NCBI GenBank assembly: GCA_028023455.1
Contig: JAQFVV010000011.1
Span: 4,836,001-4,900,000 of the forward strand
Direction: 5' to 3'
DNA from: Epiperipatus broadwayi
Lineage: Eukaryota; Animalia; Onychophora
Length of the DNA stretch: 64,000 bases
In this document: one piece after another, positions 12,571 through 26,798 of the stretch
How positions within the stretch are numbered: the stretch's first letter is position 1
Layout: each line of letters opens with the position of its first letter
The notes under the pieces: generated by a model
What the model was told of the DNA's origin: nothing
The model's database searches: none
What the model saw: the letters and a program-made list of their open reading frames with translations, nothing else
Position numbers and translations under genes: made by a program

Positions 12571-15500
12571 AAATATGTTGTTATTGTATTAAAACATGAG
12601 CTATTTAGCTGTTATATTTTTTTTAAATAATTACAATCTTCTGTGTATACACCTTTTAAGCAAAAAATATTTTTTATTATTACAGTTTTGACTGTTCCTT
12701 GCAGTCTTTTTCAGATCTACAAAAATTTAAATATTATAACAATACAACCAAAACTTATATAAACATCAATAAATTAACAATCAATTTATACAGATAATAA
12801 CCCTCTTAAACAGTATACATCATTTATTACATTATATTACTAAATTACTCAATCCTTTTATTATACAGAAGTTCCTGGAAATAATATAATGAATTCATTT
12901 ATCCATGAGAATATTAGAATTAACTATATATATATATAATAACTCATTTTAATGACTATTTCAATTAGATACTTGAGGAAATTGTCTCATGCCTCATCTA
13001 TGAGACTAGTTCCTGTATTACAATAAAGATCAAAATCATTACAGAGTAAATAAGACTTTAAAAAATGTTAACAAATGATTTATTATAAATATCTAATCTT
13101 TATTGATTCTTTAGCAGAATAATTCACACATTAAATTTTGATGCTTGTATACTTAAGCAAAAAATATTTTTAAGACAAAAATCATTAGTAGTAAGAAAGA
13201 AACATTCCCTAAAATCTCTTCTGCGGTTCCCATAAATGCATGTGTGACTAGATGAAACTAGAGCAGGATCACCCATCAAATAAAGTGTAAGATAGAATTA
13301 TTCTCTGATTATAATTTTATGAGGATGCAGATATTGTGTTGCCACCACTCCAGATTTGGAAATATTATGGATTTTAAGGCAGGAGCAAACTTTGACACAA
13401 TATTTGGAGGAAGAGGAAGTGAAGGTCATGAACCACCTGGTGCTTGAACTTCTTATGAACTCCCAAGCAATAAACCATGGAATTTTCTGTTTTATTTATT
13501 TTTGTAATGGCAAAAGTCTCAGAGATTTAAAAGACCTAAAAAGAGATCACATTTAAGATGTATAGATGGAATAAAAAAGTTTGCTGATGTAACATGAAAA
13601 AAAAAGAGGTTGTGAATTGAAGCTATTGCATTAAAATTGACAGATCTTTATACAGCAATAGATTAATAATGCTTAAAAATGTTGCCGATGATTGCATTTG
13701 TTTTCATCAATTTTAAAATTAGAGTTGATTATTAAGAATGAAATGAAAACAAGAGAAAAACATTAGCATTCCGTTCATCTGTGGAAAATTTTAAATGCAG
13801 ATGTAATATCATTAATCTGCATTAGAGGATTTTATGCCTCTCTGGATTAAAGATTTTGTTGGATTGAGAATATATCAACAGTATATAATTTAGATTTCTT
13901 TATTATAATTCTTCCATATCTTTAAAATCACTAATAACTAATCATTTGTAAAATTTAATGGATATATATTGTTTTCAAAAAATAAAAATCCACCAATTGA
14001 ATCCCTTCCCTCCCTTTTTTTTTCCATCAAAATTTATTTTAAAAAATGTAAATTTTCTGTTGCAAACTTCATATCTGCTAACAAATACTCCATTCCAACT
14101 TTTTCACTTTCTGTATACTATAGTAAATGAAACGTTTTATTTTTTTTGTTTTTAAAAAAAATATAAAATTGATTAAAAGGTAGGTTTTATTAATTTATGT
14201 GTATTTACTTAAATTTGTTTTATCTTTAATTTTATATATTTTATCTCTAATTTTATTTTAAAATGTATATATATATTGATTTATTTACAATACGGGATTT
14301 ACCGTTGTTGTTTTTTTTACATGTTTGAATACTTAAGATTAAATGAAAAATGTTATTTAAGTAAATATTTTTTCTACAGTTATAAAAATAGAACTCCCTC
14401 CCCCTCTATAATTTGCTGAAATGACGATAACAGTATGTCTACATGTCATTTATGTAAATTCGGCAAAGTTTTAATTTAAATATATATATACGTATATTAT
14501 TAATCGTTTAAAATACTCAATTCATCCTATCAAGAAATTTAAAATCTAGATGTTAGAAAAGACCTATATAATAATATTTAATTATATATGTTAGAATAAA
14601 GGTAGGTATATGTGTAAGGATACCATAAATAAATGCATAGTTAGATAAATATTGTTTAATTATTTATATATAAGCAAGTCTAGGTAACGGTAAAACATTA
14701 TACCTCCATAACCAGTATTAAAAGTTGTCTTATTATAACTGGGGGTTTTTTTTTTCTTCAATTCATATAACAATTCAAATTATTTAAAATCTTTATACTT
14801 TTCAGATAAACTAAATAGCTATTCAATATTAAACTGATTAAGCTAACTGGAATAGCCAATTCATTACTTGGAAAAGTCTGAGCTGTACTATTAGTGTAAA
14901 TTGTAGATCATTATTACAATGAATAAGCTAATATATCCCAGTTCTTGTAGATGTTTACAGCAACGTCATAAAATGATGGATTCTTAATATCAACATTCAT
15001 CTGATAATATTTTGAGAAACTCTAGTTAATAAGCATCGCTATCAAATATTTAATTAAATCAGACTACTCAATCATATTAATCTTTTTATTTAACTAATGA
15101 TTATGCGGTATATTAAAATAACTTTTTACATTTGTTTGTCAAACAATCAAAGCAAAGTTCAGAATCGATGATAAAGATCCAATCGGTAATGTAGACAAGT
15201 TTTATCTAATCATTCTTAATATCCTTTTAAATGTAAAGACAGCTTTTTATTTATATATAATAGCTTTAGAAATTTTTTAAATAATATATATGAGTCAAAT
15301 GGAGGATTTTTTTGCTAATTTATTATATTTTGAAACAGTTTATTCTACAGTTGATTAGGTGCATAAATCCCATTCCAAAAATAGTGTAATAAGTGATGAG
15401 TTCTGGTTTTATCGAAAATACTTCTCTGGAAATAGATGGGGTATGTGTTGTGAAGTTCATTTTTACTGGCCTACATACCAATGTAATTTAACTGGCTTTT

Positions 15501-16559
15501 AAATAGTACATTGTTGAGAAAAGATTTATCCACCAACATCTCATGGAGAAGCAATCAAGAAGGAAACATTATTTACCAGATTCCAATTGACAAGTAGTGA
15601 GGTTTTCAATTTTTGTTTTACCTTCTGGGTAAGAATTGCTACATATCCATTTACTAACCAATAGGATGGTTAGCTGGGTTGGCTATGTACTAGCTATCTA
15701 AATTCTTAAATCCGATTGAAATCTAAGAAATATTCCAATTTTAATTGGCCCAGATTCAAATTTTTTTAATAGTAATAACAAGAAGATTTATTACCTTTTA
15801 ATATAAGGCCATATATATATATCTTTATATTACTATGTGTATATAAAAAATTTTTTTATCAGTGACCTTCTTATCTTCAAACTTTGCTATATTGCAAACC
15901 ATCACCGATATAAAAATTTTAGATCACGCTTTTTCACAGTAGATACATTTTATCAATATTTTTCATTCATCAAATGAACCAAAGCCATTAAATAAAGGAA
16001 TACTCCACAGCTGCGTCATCAGTCCAATATTATATTCTGGCATATTATCTTTACACATAGCGCTAACTATAAAATCATTATTGAATTAATAGCTCCTTTT
16101 ATTTATGCTTTCTGCAATTGTTTTACATAATCCAAGCGTAAATAAATATTTATGTATAAAAAATTTCTAATATAATAAAATAGAGAATAAAAAATATTAA
16201 TAATATGAAAATAATAACAATAATAATAAAAAATATTTAAATAAAAGAAAGTACTTGTTATCACAAATCTTCAGGGCAGTTGAAACTGTAAGGAACTAAA
16301 ATAAATCATATGTTAAACTGCATTGTAAAGTGTCATTTAAGGTGTATATGGTGTATTATATTATATATAATTCAGCAATGCAAATAAGAAGTGAAAGGAA
16401 ATTTTAATACAAAAGAAAGTACTGTTTACAGAAAATGAACATAGAGGGATTATAATATAAAGTAAAAGTAATTTTAAAGATTTTAACAGTTCAAGGCGAA
16501 ATTAATAGAAGATAGGTAATTTAAAGTATCAAACATTAATCAATAATATTCTATTCTAT

Positions 16560-17120
16560 GGACAGATCCAAAAAGCAGCCACAGCACAAATTCATCAATT
16601 TTTTCACTTTGTTCTTTTTATTACTCAACTCTTCAATTCCATATATATCTTCATATTTCTTATGTCATCCAGCAAGGTCAATCTTTTTCATCATTTTTGT
16701 TTCCATTCGCCATTCCTTCCAAAACATCTTTCATTAAACTATTCTTTCTTCTTAATATATGTCCAGTTTTTCTTTCTATCTCTAATTTCCTCAATCAACC
16801 TTTTTTCATTTACTCTTTTTACAACTTCTTCATTTGTCATTTTATTTATCCATCTAATTTTTTCCATCCTCTCCATGACCATATCTCAAAGGCTTCTAAT
16901 GTGTTCCTAATATTTTATTCATTGTCCATGTTTCACAACCACACAATTTCACACTGCTTACATAGCATTTTATTAATCTTTTCCTTAATTCTCTCTTCAT
17001 AGATCCACAAAATATTTTCTTCTCTCAGTAAATGCTCTTTGCCACTACTATTCTTTTAATTTCATCTTCACTTCTTCCATTCTCACTCCCCAGATATCTA
17101 AATTCATTTACCCATTGAAC
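16560..17120 (-). mobile_element. RTE-clade LINE RT 3' fragment
   Basis: Minus strand gives VNEFRYLGS...LEAFEIWSWRRMEKIRWINKMTNEEVVKRV, typical of the RTE C-terminal region. Many stops. Confidence 0.8.
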
Positions 17121-18171
17121 TATATAATTTAAAATATATAGAATAAAATTTAAGTAATATATGATTTAAATACACAAATTTATATTAAATTTAAAATAGC
17201 TTTAATTTAATAACTGAATTACAATAATAATTAAAAAATATAAAAATCCATTTCAGATAAATATATTTAAGATTATTACTAAATATTTACTATACTACAG
17301 ATTATCATATGATTCATAGCTCAGATACTTTAAATTCCATCAAAGATTAATATGTCTGTTGTTAATTAAAATAATTCAACTTCATCTCTCTTTTTCCATA
17401 TACTGTACAATATATTTATTGAAGATATACTTAAAATTTTTATTTCTCCACATATCCTGGATACATATGTATAAGATATCTAAAAAAAGGCTCTCCAAGA
17501 TGCATTTTTTGCTTAACCAGTGCCTTTCAATTGATCTCTCAATGCATCTTGGGTATCATTAAACTTTTTTCAGATGTCTTTACTCATATGTTTCAAGAAC
17601 ATGTAGTGGATTTGAAGTTTTAAATATGCATTGGAGCTACAAACTATACTGTATCTAACTTTATTCCTTCAATTATATGCTACTCAAAGAAAATAGTAAA
17701 CAAACAAGCAAAAAAAAAAAACACAATAAAATTTGCAAATTTTGCAGTATTCAGGCAGCCATTTCTCTTTCCTGAGCTTCATACATGATAATGGTTTTAA
17801 AAAATAAAATTTGCAAATAAATTTTACAATATGCCATTATTCATTTTTCTATTTCAGAGTGACATACATGATTATGTTTATTAATCAATTTTGTTTGATT
17901 TATGTTGAAGGACAGATTTATTCTTCCTTTATTATTCTTTGTAAACTTGATGTGCAGTATTTTGCATAATAAAATACTTTCTGAGCATAATGCTAAAAGT
18001 TTTACAAAATTTTAGAACATACTAAAAGTTTATACTAATTCAAATACATCAAACCAAATAGACAGATTCTAATTTTGTGAAAGCAAGACCACTATTAAAT
18101 TTCTATATCAGAAATAAAAGAGAATATTATCCAAAGTGTATTAAATAATGATAAATGTTGGAAATTTCACT

Positions 18172-18295
18172 ATTATCTGCACCAACTGATGAGTGCTGGT
18201 TCAGATCATTTATCTTTTTCACTTGTGTGTGGTCATGTGTATGGGTTATTTGAATAGGTGAGGGGAGCTTGAAACCTGTGTTCAAATCCCCTATA
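18172..18295 (+). mobile_element. Family-1 repeat with the 3' half of the HHR deleted
   Basis: ACCAACTGATGAGTGCTGGTTCAG is joined directly to ATCATTTATCTTTTTCAC. Ends GTGTTCAAATCCCC. Confidence 0.8.
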
Positions 18296-21266
18296 TTACA
18301 TTCTAACTTCAAGTATATGAATTATTCTTATATTTCAAAAATATTTTCTTATTTTAAAAATAAAAATGTTATAGTTAGTTATTTTTTTATTACTTCAATG
18401 AATGCTTGAATGAACACTCTGTAGAATATATGTAAATGTGGCTTCTCAATTTATTATTAATAACTTTATTATTGTTACTTTTTAAAATTTTGTTTATATT
18501 ATAATCTTGGATTAGATATGTATCTCATACATATTAAAGGGTGTCCATGTTATATATATATATATGCATGTATATATATGCGTGTGTGTGTGTGCATGTT
18601 AAAAAGTATCGTACAATTGCGATATAAAAGCAATGCAAATTCAATTCTAATTAATGTTTATAAAAAAAAACATGAACTATAATATGCTATATACACTTGT
18701 ATATGACATTAGCTTGGGAACAAATATAGTGTAGTTTGCAGCTATACTGTATATAATATATACATAATGATAAAAAAGAAATTATAGGAAGTTTGCAAAT
18801 TTTTGATTTTTTATTGCTTTAAAGTTACCTTAAAAGACATATATAAAGATGAAATCTAACACCACAGAAATATGTTAACAACTGAAAAATAAATCTACTT
18901 CCATATGACTTCCAATACTTTATATGAAAATAAAAGAAGACAATGATACCCTAAAAGAATGAATGACACATTAATAGAATTTTCAATGAAAAGTTTATTT
19001 TGATACTAAAAACATTGCATTAATATAAGCAGTGCTTCAAAGTTGATGTTTACCATTCATATTTTTATTTATTATATAGCACTGTGTAATTTAATATGAG
19101 ATCTGTTATTTATTTAGATGATTAATTTTATCATTAGAGTTAATTAGATTATAAATCTAAGTATAAGGTGATTTGCATGAGACTGCATTAACATTTCTAT
19201 TGATTTAATAATTGCACTTATTGTGCATACATTTTCCTGTCATAAAAAAATTATAGCAATGTTTCAAATCTCATCCTAGCCATCTTCTAGACAGTAGAGA
19301 TTATTCAGTGATATTGCAAATAAGAATTTTCAAATATATTCTGCAACATATCTGATTACATTTCACAATCCAGAAATGATGGTGAGATATTTGCAAAAAG
19401 ACAATGTATATAAACCAACCTAAAATATATGTTCACATTACATATTTGTATATTGGATTGAACATAAGGGTGGAATAAATAGAGAAATAAATAAATAAAG
19501 TATAGTCTATCTTAACTAAAAATGCAATGGAATTAAAGTCTCAGATGCATATTATTAACTTCTTTCCAATTAATTCAATAAGCTATTATATTGAAGCAGA
19601 AAATAATAATAAATGCTATTCTTGATAGATGATCTTAACTATAATTTCATATGCTTAAATGATAAATACAGCATTCTCCAATTATACATCTTGGAGAAAC
19701 TAAGTCATTACATCTCTGTAATAATCATTTTTTACAATGTTATTTATACTTTGATACTGCATGGTTATAAAACTATAGGACTTTGACTCTCATATAATCA
19801 TTCTATCTCATTTAAACTGTTTGTTTCCATAATGCTAAATTTATACATAATAGTAACTTAATCATCATATGCTTACTTGAAACTCAATATCTGATTATCA
19901 TATGCCTTGAGTAATATATTTTAGATAGTGTATAGAAAAAGCTTTGAACTTTAACAAAATTAATTATTTAATGAAATAGGGTTTGAACACAATATAATAT
20001 GAGCATTTTATAAATCTTGTACTTAATAACCTTGTTAGTTCATATCAGTATTCGTATCACTTGTAAAATTATAATTCTAAGATTATCAGGTATTCATTTA
20101 TCTATTTCTGCGGCAATAACAGCCCAGAGTATATTTGAAATTTTTTATATTTTGTATAAGAGACCGTTTATACTGATATGCCATTTTTTAAATGTATATA
20201 AATAAATAATGAAGTAAACTATACGTCAGCATAAATTAAATTTATTTCTATCTCCTAAAATTCAAAGGTGAGTTAATGCTACTAAATACGAACGTATATT
20301 AATTATGAGGAGAGGAGAAACAAAATGTTACATTTTTAAATGTTAATAATATCAACAACAATATACTGTATACAATAAAATAAATGTTAAAAAAACAACT
20401 TTCAAATCTAATTAAAATTAGCAATAAAAAAAAGATAAATTCGATTAAACACATAAATGTAAACGTTTTGACCTAGATAGATTTTCATAATTAGAATTTT
20501 AGTTCAACTTGAGAAATTTGCTTAAAACTAATTTTTTGTTAATTCAAACTCTTTGCATGCACATTGTAGACTGTTTAAATTCTTGCAATTAATTATTTTC
20601 TGCTGAACTATCTTTCCATTGGCTTTTTTTTCCTTTTTGTCTTTGCAATACTTAAAAGTTTTATAATATTTTCATTGTTACCGGTTGAGATTTGGTAGGT
20701 AGATATTTCCTATTCATTTGGTCAGATCATAAGGGAGGTAGACAGGTTTCCTAACTAAAAATATTGCCTTTAAAAATTTGACAGATTATATATCAAAATT
20801 GGTAACAATTGATGCAATTTGTAGATCAGGCTGCACGTTCTAATGATTATAGCAACATAGATAATTTTTTTTATACTGCTGTGATGCAAGACTTCAGCTT
20901 CTATGTGGATTTTCAAAATCTTTTTACTTTGCAGCAACTATCTGTAAAATTGTGGGTTAAAAAATTTCTTTACTACTAGATATTTATTTGTGCAAATGGC
21001 CTGTGTGAATTTTGTAGTACCATTTCTTCCCAATGTTCAAATCTCTATCTTAAATACCTTTTCAACCTATGTTGCAAATAAATCTAAACATCAAAACCAT
21101 TGTTTTATAATTGCATATTTTTTGACTTCCAATTTTATTAATTAACTAAATGCAAATTTTGTTTGTCAGCAAGTAAACTTTATTGTCCATTTCAAATTTA
21201 TTTGCTAAATTTTATCACATTAACGAATTTTCTAAATAACTTTCAATAATAATAATAATATATGCA

Positions 21267-21565
21267 GGGTTCGAACTCAGACTTTCACATGACCCACCAC
21301 ACTCAGTGCCATCTCATATTGCTGACCCTCCTGATCACACACATGTTGAAAAGATAAATAATCACCAATATATGTACTTCATGCTAAACCAGCAATCATC
21401 AGTTGGTCTAGATTACTATCCTCACACATATATATAATCAGTATTCAGCTTTATATTAAGATAGCCAATCTTTATACTTTAATGGAAAGGCTTCAATCTA
21501 TTCCAACTCACAACTCTTTAGCCTTCCATTTCATTGAAAATCTGATGATGGAACGTTCAAAGCCC
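21267..21565 (-). mobile_element. Family-1 hammerhead repeat, full-length copy (HHR 21364-21407, decayed)
   Basis: Minus strand: ACCAA-CTGATGA-TTGCTGGTTTAGCAT-GAAG-TACATA-TA-TTGGT. Confidence 0.85.
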
Positions 21566-21614
21566 TTGTTAATTTAAGTTTTTTTTTTTTTTTTTAAATA
21601 TGAATTTTCATTTT

Positions 21615-21905
21615 ATATATATTGCTTATAATAACTTCTCTCATATACACTTTAGTGCAAAAACATTTTTTAAATAAAACTTCTTTATTTTCCTGACAGT
21701 TTCGACTGTCCAGCAGTCTTCATCAGAGCATTCTCAAATTTCCTCTACTTTTTAAATCTAAAAAAAAAAGTAGAGGAAATTTGAGAATGCTCTGATGAAG
21801 ACTGCTGGACAGCTGAAACTGTTAGGATAATTACCAGAATTTTTATTAAAAAAATTTTCTTGCATTAAAGTGTATATGAGAGAAGTTATTATAAGCAATA
21901 TATAT
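21615..21905. mobile_element. ~290-bp inverted repeat carrying two family-3 hammerheads (21692-21730 minus, 21788-21827 plus)
   Basis: Arms pair over ~135 nt. Minus HHR: CTGATGA-A-GACTG ctgga CAGTC-GAAA-CTG-TC. Confidence 0.85.
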
Positions 21906-22445
21906 GAATATATAAAGAAATGCAAAGAAAGTAAAGGAGAAGAATAAGAGTATATACTTCTAATAAATTTTCATTTTACAAAATTATTTTGATATAAAAA
22001 TTATTATAAATTTTAAACCAACTCATTTAAGTTTATAATGAAAAAGATTTAACAAATATATGAATGTGCTCTAAATTTCTAATATTTTTCCCCATTTTTA
22101 CATTTTACAAATAAATAACAATTATTAATATCAATTACTTAATTTTTATAGCACATATTTGAGATCAATAAAACAACAGCTTATTCGTTTATTATTTAAT
22201 TCTTTTTATACAACAAATCACTCATTCATTCTAGAGTGATCTCTCTTTTATATTTCTATTTAATTATGGATTGTATGTTTGTTTTGTTACTTTTTACATA
22301 TGTACTTTATTTAGAAACTTTTGTTGAAGATATGATAAATATTAATAAAGAAATGTTCATTTATTACTAACATCTTGAAATTGAATAATTAATTTTATCT
22401 ATGTGTGATAGGCAATATCCACTCTATCATTATATATATTTAGAA

Positions 22446-22755
22446 GGGATTTGAACTCAGATAGCTCTCTACATCTATGCACTCCATCTTATACAACTGA
22501 TACACATGACCACATAATATGAAAAAGATAAATGATCTCCAACATTTGAAGATTTGCTATCTTGATATAAAATGAGCACTGATTGTATTTATATGTGGGA
22601 GATGATAATCTGGACCAATTAATGAGTGCTGGTTCAGCACAAAATACAGATTATTGGAGAGTCTTTATTTTTTTCAAATGTATGTGGTCATGTATATCAG
22701 TTGTATAAGACAAAGTGCATAGCTGTAGGGAGCTTGAAAGACTGAGTTCAAGTCT
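22446..22755. mobile_element. Family-1 head-to-head pair: minus 3' fragment (22446-22542) plus a plus-strand copy (HHR 22614-22657, decayed)
   Basis: Both parts align to the family-1 consensus. The plus HHR reads ACCAA-TTAATGA-GTGCTGGTTCAGCAC-AAAA. Confidence 0.8.
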
Positions 22756-22799
22756 TATAATCACATTAAATTTAGTATAGTAAATATACTTATATTTGA

Positions 22800-23090
22800 A
22801 TTTTATATATATATGCAAAACTATAAAACAATACAATACTAGATAAAATCCAAAAATTTTACCAAAATCCTTACATGACCATGGTTTCATCCACTACAAA
22901 TAGACATTCTCAAGTAAAAATCAAACTAAAGGAACAAACATATATATATATATATATACAAACAAACAAACCTTCCCATAATTCATTTCAAACACCACCT
23001 TCCCTTATATCAAAAGACGTCGTGTAAGGATTTTGTTAATAAATTTGGATTTTATCTAGTATTATTTTATGGTTTTGCATTTTATTTATT
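22800..23090. mobile_element. Family-8 inverted-repeat element with decayed HHR (GAAA-CCATGG-TC, 22871-22917 minus)
   Basis: Homologous to 60704-61145. Arms at ~22810-22878 and 23019-23085. Confidence 0.6.
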
Positions 23091-23334
23091 ACTAGTATAG
23101 TGTTAGGAAGTTTTGGTTTTATATATATGTATAAATTTAAAATTTGTAATAGTTAATATAAATGTAAATTATTTAGTAAATGGGATCTCCATTATACAAA
23201 GTTAAATCCTCAAGTATTTTGATGTGCAGCAACCATTGAGATCTATTCTGCAGACTGAATGAAAACAATACCATGTGTTTTCTTACTTGTAGTGTGTGGC
23301 ATAATATAAAAAGCTATTAATAAAAGTACCAAAC

Positions 23335-23415
23335 TCTCCATACAGTAGTGCCACCAAGAGCAAGCCTTTATAATCAATGGATGCAGAAAGGTGATCATGG
23401 GATAAAAAGCTATTA
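23335..23415 (-). mobile_element. Family-2 repeat, 3' fragment
   Basis: CTCTCCATACAGTAGTGCCACC...ATCAATGGATGCA matches 30265-30310 and 56612-56660. Confidence 0.7.
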
Positions 23416-23690
23416 TTAAGAATTTACAATTCACAATTGGTTTACATGAATTTTAAAGATATTCTAATGAATTAAAAACATGTTTGAAACATTGATATCA
23501 ACTATAATCAGAGTATACATAAACATAGCTATTTTGAAATTGTGTGTAATAAAGCATTGCATTATATAAAATGAATAGAGAAGGTGTTACCATTGTTTAT
23601 TAAATTAGTGATATGTTAAAGAAGTACTGTTATTAGACACTGTAGTAATATTATATATTGATTTATATTATCTATCTATTTTACTTGAAG

Positions 23691-23796
23691 AATGGAAAGA
23701 CAATTTGTCATCGTGTTGAATGTCCTTCTGAATCTGAACTTCCATGTGAAAAACCAGTGCAGTTACCAGGAGAGTGCTGTAAATCTTGCCCTAGAG
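23691..23796 (+). CDS. CHRDL: Chordin-like protein exon (VWC C-half)
   Basis: ttgaag|AAT...AGAG|gtaat. Encodes NGKTICHRVECPSESELPCEKPVQLPGECCKSCPR and completes the VWC domain in phase 0 with exon 3252-3349. Confidence 0.93.
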
Positions 23797-26534
23797 GTAA
23801 TAATATTTATCACCATGATAATTGTTTTTTTTTATTTCGGTACTCTTAATATGAAATTAGAATAAATTGTTATGTTAGATAAAGTAAAGAAAATTGCAAA
23901 ATTTGATTTGCAATATTGATTCCTCCACTTTTTTAGATGCTGATTAAAATTATATTTTTAATTTTTAAAGAATCGCTATTATATAATACACGTGTTTCAA
24001 GAAAACAATCTCGGAAGTCTAAAATATTTTAAATAGATGCTTTTAAATTAATAAAATGATAATGAACTTCTTTTAAAATGTTTTACAGTGTACTTCAGTC
24101 ATTATTTTATAGGAGAGATGTTCATATTACAATTATAAAGTGTATCTTAAAGGCACAGCAAAGAGGCATATAATATTAATTGCTTTTATTGGGAAAATGT
24201 GACTGAGGCCTATAGAGTACAATTGATGTTGAAGTCTTTGAGAAAGAAAATGCTTTTGCAAAAGAAATTAAAAAAGCACCAGAAATTTGTCAAATAAATA
24301 TTTTAAAGTAACAGAATATGTTATAGATCAATTTACCTTCAAAATATTATTTGTAATAATAACTATATCATCTGCCAAATTTAGATGACTTGAATAATCG
24401 CCATTTTCTTTTATTTCCTTTGCCTCCCATTTTAATCCACAAAATACTTCTTGCAAAATTGTTATAAAAAGTTATGGAGATATAGAAACACTCTGACAAT
24501 ACCTTGGATTTATATCTTTATGATCATATATTTTAATCATGATAGAAATGCAAATAGAATCAATTGTTTTTTTTTTATAATCTACAAAGTCAAAGGTAAT
24601 GACAACTCATATTCACTGGACCTTTCTATAACTTCTACCAATACTTGGATATGATTCACTATGCTTAAATAATTTTTAAATCTGGCTTATTCATTTGATT
24701 GGTTAAATCCAAAGTTGACAGGATTGAGTATTTTTTGTGATAGACCAATGGATATATGAATAGATAAAATATAGTAATGACAGAAACAAGTCAATAACTA
24801 ATGATGTTCAGTGAATTTGATTGGGATCTGGCTACAAATTGGCAGTCCATTTGGAAGTAAAGTGAGACAACAATTAAATAACTGTCAGATTGAGTCAGCA
24901 CACACAGTGTCTGTAATATGTGGTTAAAGCTTGAAAGAAGTTTACATTGAACTGGAAGCTTCTGGATACAAAACCCTGACATGAGTTGAGTTTTCACAAT
25001 ACATCTGGAAATATCACTATACCTACACATGAGGCAAACTACCATAGTACAGGTGGAAGTGTAGACAAGTCTAGGGGAGCACCTGAAGTTCCTCACTTCA
25101 ATAGTTTCCAACAACTAAATCTTATACTTAGACAACATATCAGATATAGCAGATGCTTTATATAAAATATATTGTATATATGATAACAAATATTTATACA
25201 AATCTGTGTTAATCATCCCAAAATTTATGGATAATTTTTTATTATTTCTATTTTTCTTTATAGTTGATTTTATTTATATGTTGGAATTAAAACGATTTTG
25301 CTCATTTACTAATGGCTTCTAATGACGGTAACAATAAGTAGCCAAAATGTATAAGTAAAACTTTAATAAGAGATCTATTATAGGGCATTATTGCTAATAT
25401 AAAAATAATATATTTGGAGAAGTATGTTTATAAAGTTCTTCACCTGAAGATAGATTCAGCAAAAGACTTAGCAAATAATTTAACTTTGCATAAAAAGATG
25501 AAATTTTTTATTAAATGTTCTTACATTATTAAAATAAATAAAAAGATATATAAATTAAAACCCAAATAAAATTATATACTAGCTAAGATAATAATTATGC
25601 AAACTTTATTTAAAAATTAATTATTGTTATCACCACCACCACCATCGTTATGGTTTTATAGTGCACTCTTTACTAGATCTGAAGTTATTAGGTTATAATC
25701 ATCATCCACTATAAAATTTGATATCATTTTTTCTCATTATCTATGTATTTTGAATCTCAATTTATCAATATTAGATGAGCTACTGGTTTCAGCAATAGCA
25801 CGATCTTTGTATTTATGTTTTACAAATGTGACTTGTTTGTTTTTAAAGCATGAATAAATTCATAGTCAATAACACTTACTAATTGAACAGTAATCACATT
25901 CATATGAGGTAGTTATAGGTGCATATCCCATGGTGAAGTGTGTGTATATATATATATATATGTGTGTGTGTGTGCGTGTGTGTAATAATTAGATAGTGCA
26001 CCAGAATTTATGTATCCAGTCAAATTTATGAATTTATAGTGAACCCCTTATAAGAATATTAAATGAGAGGTTTGAACAACCAATATTTATATTAAAATGA
26101 TAGTCCAACTTTATATACTTTAAATGTGCCTTGTTTGTATCTAAAGTGTAAATGTATTTGGAGTTAATTGCATGTATATACTGCATTTAAACTATTAATC
26201 TTAACTATCCACTTTAAATATTAAATAGTCATTGAGATTTAAAATTATTTAATATAGCTTCTTAACATATGTGATAGACGATTCAACATTTCTCAGAAAA
26301 GCATGGTATTTGTAATTTGAAGATTATTCTATAACATAATGAGATCTTAGATTATGATTCAGACTACAGAAACATCAGAGCATTGGTCAGATTTTTTTTT
26401 AAGTGGTCTATGTGTATTTTTGTGTTATATAAAATTAATTACAATTTGCATATTTTAAAAAGTTTAAAATATTTTGAAATTGTATTTTATAAATAGAGCA
26501 AATATAGTGGATTAACTCTTTTTCTTTTTTGTAG

Positions 26535-26759
26535 GACTTTCCAAAAATAGTTCCAGCACTAAAAAACCAATGATATCAACTCAAAATGTTGTAGTAGAAC
26601 GAGAAGTCACAGTTCCCAGTGTACAAATGTGTTTACCTATTAATCATTCCATTATTGCATATGAATCTTCCCAAGAAGACAGTTCTCAGACTAAATCCTA
26701 TGCATTTGAAATGCTAGCAAAGAATATAGTGGAGTCTCATTTTTGGAATTTTAAAACTG
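26535..26759 (+). CDS. CHRDL: Chordin-like protein exon (linker and start of C-terminal domain)
   Basis: tttgtag|GA...ACTG|gtaagc, phase 1/1. Encodes GLSKNSSSTKKPMISTQ...CLPINHSIIAYES...VESHFWNFKT. Confidence 0.88.
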
Positions 26760-26798
26760 GTAAGCATTTGTTAAAGACTATGTGCATATATATATAGC

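Noticed and set aside
24791-25114. 107-aa minus-strand ORF as a host gene
   Set aside because: No splice or domain support. YLIVVSLYFQ weakly recalls an R1-type LINE endonuclease, so it is more likely a TE remnant, but too weak to call.
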